DNA of 64,000 nucleotides, taken from NCBI RefSeq assembly GCF_018977255.1, contig NW_024704742.1:52330001-52394000 (forward strand). The letters run 5' to 3'. The position numbers and the translations under genes were made by a program. Below the pieces are notes generated by a model that saw only the letters and a program-made list of their open reading frames with translations, was not told the DNA's origin and did no database searches. Position 1 is the first letter of the stretch. Every line of letters begins with the position of its first letter. This document shows, piece after piece, positions 36,741 through 47,330 of the stretch. Source of the DNA: Callorhinchus milii. Taxonomy: Eukaryota.

Positions 36741-37132
36741 TTATCATATAAATAGTTTGCTAACAGAAGTATACGATGGATATTTTGGAAGTTGATAAAA
36801 CTAGTCCATTAAATACATTGGCCTCCAAGGATTTGTAGTTTTTTTCTATGATCAGAGTCATCAAATTCAGAAAATATTTTAATGAGATTCTAGCCAAGCT
36901 CTGTCTCATCTATGGAATACATGTGCCTCTTATTTTTACTTCCTATATGAGGTACCTTGCATTTATCTGTATATTATGTTAGCCAAACATAGTAGCTCAT
37001 CTGTGCCAGATATGTCCCACAAATAATAATGAGATGAACCTCAAAATGAATCAAATTCCTAGGGAATCGGCTCAGCTGCCTCTGCCTTCCCTGGACCCTT
37101 CCCTACTCCCTGGATTCGAGGAAATCCAGCGT

Positions 37133-38676
37133 CAACAACAACAACAACAACAAGATTCCTTTTATAAAGCGCCTTTCACGTCAGGAGGACGTCCCAGTTG
37201 GCATTTGAGGTGAGGATGGGTGAGGCGTGAGAGGGTGGGTGGAGGAGTCGGTTCGTGATGGAGAAGAGGAGTCTGTGGTTGTCCTTGGTCTCCAAGATTG
37301 TCTTGGAGTAGAACGACAATTTAGCGGAGGTGAGGGCAGAGCGGTAGGATTTCACATGGTCCAGACTAATCTATTCGGTGGACAGTTAGGTTTGATTTAA
37401 GCCAAGTGCGCTCAGCAGAATGCTCCTGGGCTTTAAGGGAGTGGAGGTGGCTGGCGTACCAAGGTGATTTGCGTGAGTAGGAGTTGGTTCAGGAAGAGAG
37501 GGGAGCAAGGGAATCGAGAGTGGAGGAGAGGGAGCTGTGGAGAAGGGTGACTGAGGAAGGTAGGTCTGTGCGGGAGGATGCGCAGATGACTCTAAGGCAG
37601 CTGAGAGTGAGGGGGGCAGATTTTTTTCCAGCGGCGGTAGAAGATGGAGGTGGGTTGGGTGGCATTGGGGAGAGGGATTGAGTAGTTAAAGGAGTTGAAG
37701 TGATGGTCCGAGATCGCTTTTTTGATGATGGTGAGGTCCGAGACGGAGAGGTCCCGAGTGATCACCAGACTGTGGATGTGGGTGGTGGAGTGGATGTGGA
37801 GGGAGAGATTGAGGGAGGAGATAAGGGAGGAAAAGTCAGCAGAGGTAGAGCAGGAGGGGGTGAAGTGAAGGTTAAAATCGCCAAGGATGAGGAGGCAATC
37901 AGAGCAAAGGGAGAGGGAAGATAGGAGAGTGGAGATGTCAGGGATGAAGGTGGGGAGGCAGTAGATAAGGAGAATTTTGAGGGAAAGGTTGGAGGGTTGA
38001 TAAAGGGTAAGGTCCTCAAACGAGGGGAATGTTCCAGAGGAGTAAGTGCATAGGCCGAGCAGGGGACCGAGATGACAGCCACACCTCCACCATGACGGTT
38101 AGGTCGAGGGGTGTGATGGAAGGTGTAGCTGGGTGGTGTGGCCTCAGTCAGGGGGAAGGTGTCACCTGGAGTGATCCAGGTTTCATTGAGGGCGAGAATG
38201 TCGATATGTTCATCGACGATGAGGTCTTGGCTGGTGTGTGTTTTGTTGGAGAGGGAACGGACGTTTTGTAGACTGATGCGGAGGGGACAGTTGGTGGTGG
38301 AAGATGGGGGGCGAGGCGGGGGAGGGGAGGGATGGTAGGGATGTGGATCAGGGAGGAGAGGTTGGCCCCTATGGTCGGGGACCGGTGAGCCTTGTGGCGA
38401 GAATAGGGGATAGAGCAGTCAGAGTGGCTGCTGTTGGACAGCTAGCGGCGACTCCCATGGTGGGCCTGACGGAGGATTTGCAGGCTGGAGCAGAGGGAAG
38501 CTGTGGGACGGTCGAGCAGGAATAGGAGTGGGGAGGGCGGTGGGAGAGGAGGAACGAGTGGGAGTAATGGAGGGTAGAGGACAGGGGTTGGGGCATTGTG
38601 GGGAAGCAGCTCGGGTCGGTGGCGGCAGCCATAACGCGCACGCCGAGATTAAAAGCAAGCGGCGGGGGTGGGGGGG
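37133..38676 (-). mobile_element. L2-clade LINE with N-terminal/endonuclease region joined directly to the 3' tail (RT domain missing)
   Basis: The minus strand encodes LRISLQNVRSL...LALNETW...RHGGGVAVI...LGDFNLH...DHHF, then the linker RLLFSITNRLL, which abuts GGGACGTCCTCCTGACGTGAAAGGCGCT-(TTG)n at about 37196. Confidence 0.88.
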
Positions 38677-39729
38677 TTCAGCAAGGCATGGTTAGCCCAC
38701 TGGTGAGAGCATACCATTAAGGCAGCAGGGACAGCATGAATTAGGAGCTCAAGTTCTTGAATGATGCTCAAACCCCCAGTATTCTGATCCAGAGGGGAGA
38801 ATGCCAGTAACTGAAAAAAAAGACACACATTTACAAGAATTGCTTCCAGACCTGTTTCTCATTATTTACTTAGTTTTGCAATTTAAAAATGGAAACTATA
38901 GCAACATTTCTCAACAAAAGCTTGTATTGGTGTATGAATAGACTTGTCAAGCTGTAGCCAAGGAATTCTCTCATGCAAGTCAGTACAAGAAAATAGATCC
39001 TTATTTTGTTGTGACATTCAATTATTATGCAGATGAATAAGTGCTCCGAGATGCCATCCACATGAAGGGTGCTCTATGAATGCAAGTTGTTGTTGAATTT
39101 CTCATCATAATTTATATTTGGAACAGTAAAATGAACAAAACATACACACTGTTAAGCTATTATGAAAGGAGGGGAAGAGGGAGGTGAGTGTAGACATGGG
39201 TGAAGGCATCTTCTGTTTTTTAGGCAGCTTTTGAAGACATCGATGAGCAAGGCTGGCTGGTTTGTAATCATGAAGTACTGTGAACCAACCTGGCACAGAA
39301 ACCAGTCTACTGAGACTGCCACAGAGGGTTGACTCGATTTTGATTTTTTTGTTCTGTTCAGATTGCAGTTCAGCTCCAGGGAGACCCTGATTCCCACCTC
39401 CGTGAATACCAACCCCCTGATTACCAACTCCCAAGGATGATAGTCATGCAGTCAGAACATGATCTGGAATCAATGGTAGAAATAGATTTGGGTACCATTT
39501 TTGGATTCAAACTAACCCCATTTGTGAATAATGTCACCAAAGGGAAACATTTAGAAGATGAAAAGGAAAGGACTGAGGACAGAACAACAACAGCTTGCAT
39601 TTATATAGTGCCCTCCACCTGGGCGGCATTCCAGAGCGCTTAGAACCCTGAAGTCCAGCAATCCTCAATGCTATCCTGAATGAAGGGTACTACATAACTG
39701 CAAGTTGCTTTTGCTGTTATTTAGGTGCT

Positions 39730-39965
39730 CTGATGGTGATCATGCTTGGGAAAGAAGAGAAGCACTTCAAAGAAACAAAGTGGAAATGATGGATCAAGTA
39801 AGAGTGAAAGCAGAAAAGTGTGGATGAGGCAGGATCGATCAAGCAGGATCGAGAGGTCGACAGTGTCAAAGACAACAGAGAGGTCGAGAAGAATGAGGAG
39901 GTGACTTTGTGACTTTGATGCTGTCTTGGTACTGTGGGTTGGGTTGAAACTGGAGAGGCTGAAAG
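39730..39965 (-). mobile_element. Old L2 RT fragment
   Basis: LLILLDLSVVFDTVDLSILL on the minus strand. Confidence 0.7.
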
Positions 39966-40188
39966 AACGACACATTCCATGACTTTTAAATTATACACTG
40001 AAGCTTAATGATCCTGTAATTTTACTGACTACTGTTCAATCAATGACCTAACCATAAATGTCAAATTTTCAAAACACAATGAAACACAATGAAAAAAAAT
40101 ACATCTGGAAGACAAGGTATCTTGGTGCTTTTGGGGGAACGTCCCTCCTGGACGTGAAAAGGCGCCTCTATAAATGTAACTTTTGTGT

Positions 40189-40678
40189 AGTCCCTACTAT
40201 CGGTGGTCGGGCCTTCAGCCTCTCAGCCCCGAGGCTCTGGAACTCCATCCCCCAGTGCCTTCGCCTTGCTTCCTCCCTTTCCTCCTTCAAGGCCGGTCTC
40301 AAAACCTTTCTCTTTGACCGTGCCTTCAGCTCCCCTCTCGACTCTCTTCCTCCTCCTCGCTCCCTCCCTTCCCTCCCCTCACCCTGACCATTTCCCCCCT
40401 CCTCTCTCCCTCCCTTCCCTCCCCTCACCCTGACCATTTCCCCCCTGCTCGCTCCCTTCCCTCCCCTCACCCTGACCATCTCCCCCCTCCTCGCTCCCTC
40501 CCCTCCCCTCCCCTCACCCTGACCATCTCCCCCCTCCTCGCTCCCTCCCCTCCCCTCACCCTGACCATTTCCCCCCTGCTCGGTCATGACCCAACTGTGC
40601 AGCGCCTTGGGACGTCCTCCTGACGTGAAAGGCGCTCTATAAATGGAATCTTGTTGTTGTTGTTGTTGTTGTTGTTGT
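40189..40678 (+). mobile_element. Young L2 3' fragment with an internally amplified 3'UTR unit
   Basis: PTIGGRAFSLSAPRLWNSIP...LKTFLFDRAF; five copies of a 3'UTR unit; stem-loop and (TTG)n. Confidence 0.9.
40352..40581. repeat. Pyrimidine-rich minisatellite, 5 units of about 42-47 bp
   Basis: CCCTCACCCTGACCAT recurs five times (near 40382, 40428, 40470, 40517, 40559). It is single-copy in the related tails at about 11190 and 21300. Confidence 0.9.
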
Positions 40679-40840
40679 ATGCCTGTTTCCAGTGTTTCCT
40701 CAGAGAAGCACAACTTATTCTTATTCTGTGAAAAAAATGCCTATTGTGCTCTATTCTATTATCAATTTCCACTTAGGTATCAATACACATGAAATAACAA
40801 GTCAGGAATGAATAACCTGTCTCCCATTATGTTCGAACCT

Positions 40841-41168
40841 GGAGTCCTGTAGCTCAGTGGTTAGAGCACTCACTTTGCAAGCGAGAGACCTGAGTTCAAT
40901 TCCAGGCAGGTCAGGGCGAAACCTTGGGCAAGTTTCCTTACTCCACACGCCTAATAATAATCCCTCCAAAACCCCCAAAAAACAATAATAAATTGGTCAT
41001 TTTCAATCTACGAATGTTTTTGGGACATTGCTGTGCGCAATTGGCTGCCGCGTTCGCCCACAAATATACAGTCAATTCACTTTACAGTGTGTTCTGTGAA
41101 GCGCTTTGGGACGTCCTCCCGACATGAAAAGCGCTATATCAAATGCAAGGATTATTATTATTATTATT
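40841..41168 (+). mobile_element. Young tRNA(Ala)-headed SINE with AACCT target-site duplication
   Basis: AACCT at 40836-40840 and 41169-41173; A/B boxes; (TTA)n tail. Confidence 0.92.
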
Positions 41169-41717
41169 AACCTGTTAAATTCACATTCCTGTGCACCAAG
41201 TGAGTGGCAACATTTCTCCAAAGTGTATATAAAAGAAACACAGAAATACGAATGTGCAACAAGAGTACTCTATCTAAAAATCTCTAATACATCAAGATTT
41301 TACGTTTCATTTCATTAAAACTCATTTAACACCAACAGCTTCCATTCCAAGAATATCATTGATGTTTAGCGAAACATTTTTTAATTAAAATAACTCTGGA
41401 GTTTCTAACAGATTCTTGTAGTGTTGAGAAAACTTTGGGGACAAACATTAGCTGAGTGTTTTCTCAGATCACATATAAATACTAGTATCTTTAGTATCAC
41501 AACCTACAAGGCAACAATGACTGCTCATTATTCCTGTGAGGAGTTTTGAGACATCCTACCAATGTGAAAGGCATTGAATCAAATGTTAGGTTTATTAAAT
41601 AATTTAGCATAGCAAAATGGATTGGAATGTTGTTTCAACAAACATTTATCAGAACTTTAATAGCCGTTGCTGTTTCTGTAAAGGAATTTTTAAAAACAGA
41701 TGTTGCAACATAATTGT

Positions 41718-42259
41718 GTGTACAAGCTGCAGATCACCCAAAACTCTGCAGCTCGTGTACTCTCACGCACCAGGCTCCGTGACCCTATCAATTCCACCCT
41801 CGCCCGATTCCACTGGCTCCGCATCTCCCAGAGGATTGAGTTCAAAATCCTCGTCCTCACCTTTAAGGCCATCCATGGCCTTGCCCCCTCCTACCTCTCT
41901 GACCTGCTGACTCCCTACCAACCTGCCCACTCCCTCCATTCAGCGGGCTCCGGCCTGCTCCATGTCTCCCACCCAACCCGCCCTACCATCGGTGCCAGGG
42001 GTTTCAGCCTCTCTGCCCCCACACTCTGGAACTCCATCCCACGGTCCCTTTGCCTCGCTTCCTCCCTTGCCTCCTTCAAGACCGGTCTCAAGGCCCTTCT
42101 CTTCGACAGTGCCTTTGGTCGCCCTCCCACCTCTCTGCCTTCCTTCACTCCTACACCACCCCTCCCCCATACTCAGGCCCCGACTTCTGACTGTTCAGCG
42201 CTTTGGGACGTCCTCTTGACGTGAAAGGCGCTCTATAAATGTAATTTTGTTGTTGTTGT
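41718..42259 (+). mobile_element. L2 3' fragment
   Basis: KLQITQNSAARVL...FHWLRISQRIEFKILVLTFKAIHGLAPSYLSDLL; stem-loop and TTG tail. Confidence 0.9.
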
Positions 42260-42349
42260 ATGCCTGTTTCCCAGTATTTCCTCAGACCATGACGTGCATT
42301 ACATAAACAGTGTAATCATCGCCATTTCACAGGGACCTTTTCATCAAAC

Positions 42350-42721
42350 TAATAATAATCTTTGCATTTGACATAGCACTTTATTATGTCTTTGAGATGT
42401 CTTAAAGTGCTTCACAAAATATACCGTAAAGTGAATTGATTGTATATTTTGTGGGTGTAATGTAGCAGCCAATTGCGCACAGAAGTGTCCCGCAAACAGT
42501 CATGGGTTGAAGAGATCAAATTTAAAAAAAAATTTTTTAAGGAATTATTACCCCTGGAAAAGCGATCCACCAATTGACTAACAACCAGGTTCCTACTTAT
42601 TGCTAAGTAAACAGAGGCGTGTGGAGTAAGGAAATTTGCTCAACATTTCATTTTCTTGGGAATTGAACCCAGGTCTTTCGCTTGCGAGTTGAGCGCTCTC
42701 ACCACTGAGCTACAGGACTCC
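42350..42721 (-). mobile_element. Full-length tRNA-headed SINE (CORE/Meta-like)
   Basis: Reverse complement aligns to 16886-17250. Confidence 0.85.
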
Positions 42722-45700
42722 ATAAAACAAGGTGACAATCGTAGTGTTTCACACCATTTTCTCAGGTCACTCAGATACTAAAGTTCTGATGAATGAATTG
42801 TTCATGGTTTTCACTGTTTTTACACTGAGTTGGGTAGATTTTGTTTTTTCATATTCACCTCTTCTGGGTGTTCCAGCCTAAGTAACACTGAACTGTCATA
42901 TTTATTCAGTTCAGGCGTCAAACTACACAGTTTAATATTATCGCTGTATGATGTGAACATCAACACCTGATGAGTGTTGAAGCTGAACAGTAACCTCTAA
43001 ATGTTTGATGTTAAAGTTGGAATTACATCCAACAGTGATAGTTGTAGCTACCATTCATTTTATTCTGTAGAGCAATCACCTCAAGGCAGGTATTACTGGA
43101 GCAAACTGTGTCAACCATTAATTTTTTCCCAACAAAATACACAGTCGATACACTTTGCAGTATATTCTGTGAAGCACTTTGAGACGTCTCAAATGCGTAA
43201 TAAACCACTGTATCAAATGGAAGGATTATGTATTTTATTATAAGTATCTCAGTTAATAAATCAATAAACCCAGTTGATAAATCAACTCCATGTTCAACAT
43301 ATTAGCATTATAATTATAATAAGGTATGAAATTTTGGGGTAACATTTCCAAACTTATATGTTTTGCTTCACATTGTGTTGTACACAATCCATTGTAATTA
43401 TGAAATGTAAATCATTGCATTGCTTTACTTTGTATATTTACATATTTTTTCAAGATAGAAGTTATGGATATGATTGGTTTGGAGGAAGACTATTTAATAT
43501 AAGATTGGCAGCATTTTATGAGTACTTTAATTTTCTAGATGGCTGTGCCACAAAATGTCAAGAATTCACCTCTCTTCTCTGCCCAAACCACTGAGGCTGC
43601 TCAGAATAAACAGTAAGGGTTAAAGTGTTCAGAATTTCATTATCTCTTACATTAGGTTTATATCATTCATTTCTTCCCTTTTGGCCCAATTACAGGCCAA
43701 CGTAATATTGAACTATCATATTTATTCTGTTCAGGTATCAACCAAGGCTGTTTAAAAGAATCTCTGTATGAAGTAAACAAGCTCCACTGAAGCATCTATC
43801 AAATGCAATGTTAAATTCTTTTGCAGCACAAGGAAGCTCTGAATTTTTCAAAACTGTGGGACCTCGATGGCAACCCCATTTATCTCAGAAATACTTCACT
43901 TAACAGCAATGACTCATGAAGTGCTTTGAGATTTTTTATTAATGTGATAAAGCACTATAAAAATGTGCTTCTTCCTCTCTTTTACTATTCGTTTCGCCCA
44001 CAAAACATACACTCAATTCACTTTACAATATATTCTGTGAAATGCTTTGAGACATCGCGAAGACGTGATAAGGCACTATATCAAATGCAAGGATTAGTAT
44101 TATTATTATATTCTTATTATTCTTGCTACTAGTAGTAAGGGTTCATGTTAATGTATTAAGTTAACAGTAACACCACCTGGAATGCATCTACTATATGGAT
44201 GCAATCAGATTAAAATGTAAAGGGGTTAAAGATTCCGTATTTTCCCTTTCTTCGCTTGGTACTTTTTTTATTTTAGCCTTATGAAACTTTCGATTGGATT
44301 TTATGTTATTGTAGCAATCCCATATATGGGATTGTTGCTGCTGGTGTGGGTATATTTTGTCCACTTTGACAATGCGGGTGGCAAAAGGAATTTTTTTCCA
44401 TTATCCACATACTTACTCAAAGTGTATTAAACTCGCTACTGTACTGAATATCATTCCTAAAATCCAAAACGCTACATATCAAATAGTTCTTCACATAAAT
44501 ATAGGGAACAAATAATCAAAAGTGAATGGGGTCTGAAGGTAGCGCTTGAATGCCTGGTTAACAGTAATTCAGCAGTTGCAAAGAGGAAGCAAGAAGCTTA
44601 GCAGATACATGCATCCAAACTTCCATGAACCACAGCTGCTCGGAAATGGGCAACCCTTTTGTGGTTTTTTGTTCTTTGTTTTGGGGAAGTGCACCAGTGC
44701 ACACTTTGCAATGCTTACACTCAGATCAACCATCTGCAATCTGCCTGAACATGAAGACCACAGTTAGTTAAGAATAACTATTATCTTATCTGAGGGTTTA
44801 CATGGCTTCCTTTCATCTTGCGCTGTAATCCAGCTTGTGTTTGCACAATAGTCTCTTGCACAATTCAGTAATAAATTCAAATAATTAGCTCCAAAATAAC
44901 TACTGTTCTTGTCTTAAAATAATTCTTCAAAATGCTTGTATTAAACTTCTGTCATTTTCCCACAATAATGTAAAACAAAGTGATACATGAAAATGCACTT
45001 TCATAATGAAAAGATATTTTCATTCTTCTTATTGATTCAGGTTCTAGGTCACATTTTACGCAATAAGAAAGATAGGGTATCATGCTGTTGCAGAGTTGAT
45101 GTTCAAAATCATTTTGTTAACTAATTTAAAAAAATTGGGTCTAAAATCTAATATTCACAAAATAAAAGTATTTGCATCGATGTGACATCCAGCTTCGAAA
45201 CATCAGATTGCAATAGTGTAATTGGAAATGGGTGGTTCTCAAACCCCAGTGAGCAAAGTCCAAAAATAGGCTGGTGAGCAGAACCTGGTGGGAATTGGCC
45301 AGAAATGCACTCATTGGTCTTTCTTTGGAATTTGCCAATTTGGGCTGTGTGAATCACAAAGTTTTGAAAATCTTGCATTAATCTCACAATTGGATATTTG
45401 CAAACTGGAAGTGACCACGTTACAATTTGCGATAGTTTCATTTTAAACCATATTGTGATTCCCAATAATCCAGAAATTCGTCATCCCTAATTACCTTCGG
45501 AAGAAACAATGTGTGCTGTGTCTCCCATAATACAAAATTCTATACTACTACTTCTGAATATTGTCTTTGTTTATGTTTAATCGCCTATAACATATAGTCA
45601 CCGCACTTCACATTGAAGCACTTTGAGACATCTTACTGATATGAAAGGTGCTGTACCAAACATAAGGCTGATGATATAATAAATATTACCAAGATTTGCT

Positions 45701-46755
45701 GACAGAAGGGAAAATGTTTAAAATGTGTTCTTATAGAGGAGACGTCAGTTTGTGTTCAGTCCGTGGAGTTGTACCTTGGCACAGACACCTCAACATTTCC
45801 TTATCCTTCTTCATTGTGAACTGGTAGGTTTTATCATAATGCATGAAGAGCAAATACTTTGAGTCCCAGGAGAACTGTGTGCAGTAACTACTGTCTAGAC
45901 TAACACAAAGACACCACTTAAAAAAGATATTTAAAGCTCAGTGACAACTGTTGGGTTGAAGAACATTAGCGGGATGTTTAAAGTCACCCAGCTTTAGGAT
46001 CTGAAGACAACGTTGCCTCAATACAGTTTTATGCAGTGGTTAAATAATCTCCAAGAAACACAGTATTACTTGTTGTTCTCCAACCAAAGTTGGTAATGTT
46101 TTTACATTCTTCTTAAAATATGGATTGTGTCAGGATCTGGAGCTGGTTTGCAGATGAAGAAAAGCTAATCTGTGAGTTTTCACATTAAGAATATCGCAGC
46201 TGGCAGATTGGCACAGTTATGATTCAAGTAGTCTTATAATAATACAATAATCTTTGCATTTGATATAGTGTCTTATCACATTTTTGAGACATCTCAAAGT
46301 GCTTCACAGAATATACTGTAAAGTGAATTGACTGTATTTTTTTGTGGATGAATTTTGTCATTTAATGCTTTGTTCAGAAGAAGGGAAGTTTCCAAAGACG
46401 GTGAATGGATCTGCTGCATTAAAGAAGGTACGTTGTGCAAAATAAATCAATGGAGTGAGAAACAACAAGATTTAAATGGTTTTGCAACTATCAATGCAGG
46501 AATACCTGGTATGCATCTAAACAGATCTCCTGAGCAGAAGCAATCTAATTTGGAAATAATATTAAACCATAGGATTGCAACTTGAGTCTTATGATACAGT
46601 AAGTAAAATTGACGCCTCACCAGACTGAATGTTCCACTTCTCTTAACTTAGCCATAAGAGTGCAAACATCAATAAATGAGCCAAAGAATAAGTAGGTCAA
46701 GATATACTGGGGCACAAAACATAATTGGAAGGTTAGGTTTCTAAGGAGATGCTTA

Positions 46756-47330
46756 CAACAACAACAGAATTACATTTGTAAAGCACCTTTCATGTCAGGA
46801 GAATGTCTCAAGGAGCTGGACAGACAGAGTTTTGGACCCGAGCTGGGGTGGGGGAGGGTGGAGGACTGGGGGGGAAGCAGGGAGATCGAAAGCACGGTTG
46901 AAAAGGAGGGTCTTAAGATGGGTCTTGAAGGAAGCAGGGGAGGAGGAGGGGCAGAGGGACTGCGGGATGGAGTTCAAGAAGGTGGGGCAGAGTGGCAGAA
47001 GGCTTGCCCACCAATAGTGGGGCGAGCGAGGCTGGGGGACATGAAGCAGGCTGGAGCCCGCTGAGCGGAGGGAACAAGCAGGATGGTAGGGTGTTAGCAG
47101 GTCACAGAAGTAGGGGGAACCAAGACCATGGAGGACTTTGAAGGTGAGGACCAGGATCTTTAACCGTATCCTCTATGTGATTGGAAGCCAATGGAGTCGG
47201 GCGAGGAAGGGGATGATAGGGTCATGGAGCTGGTGCAGGAGAGGACACCATCTGCAGAGTTCTGGATGATCTGCAGCTTATTGAGGGAGGAGTTGGGGAT
47301 GCTTAAAAAGATTTGTTAGTTATCCATTGA
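46756..47330 (-). mobile_element. L2 3' fragment
   Basis: Reverse complement resembles 27480-28025 (KLQIIQNSA, FKTHLKTLLFNRAF, tail). Confidence 0.85.

Noticed and set aside
40352..40581. CRISPR-like regularly spaced repeat
   Set aside because: The spacers are themselves repeated low-complexity sequence from the L2 3'UTR, the context is eukaryotic and there are no cas genes.
40168..40713. 181-aa minus-strand ORF with poly-Q and Gly/Glu repeats
   Set aside because: Antisense reading of an L2 tail, its (TTG)n microsatellite and the minisatellite.
40841..40920. tRNA-Ala(TGC)-like cloverleaf (also at 7270-7346 and 14173-14245)
   Set aside because: The D arm and anticodon arm (CTCGC-TTTGCAA-GCGAG) pair well, but the T arm is imperfect, there is no Pol III terminator, and each copy runs into a SINE body. 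These are SINE heads, not tRNA genes.
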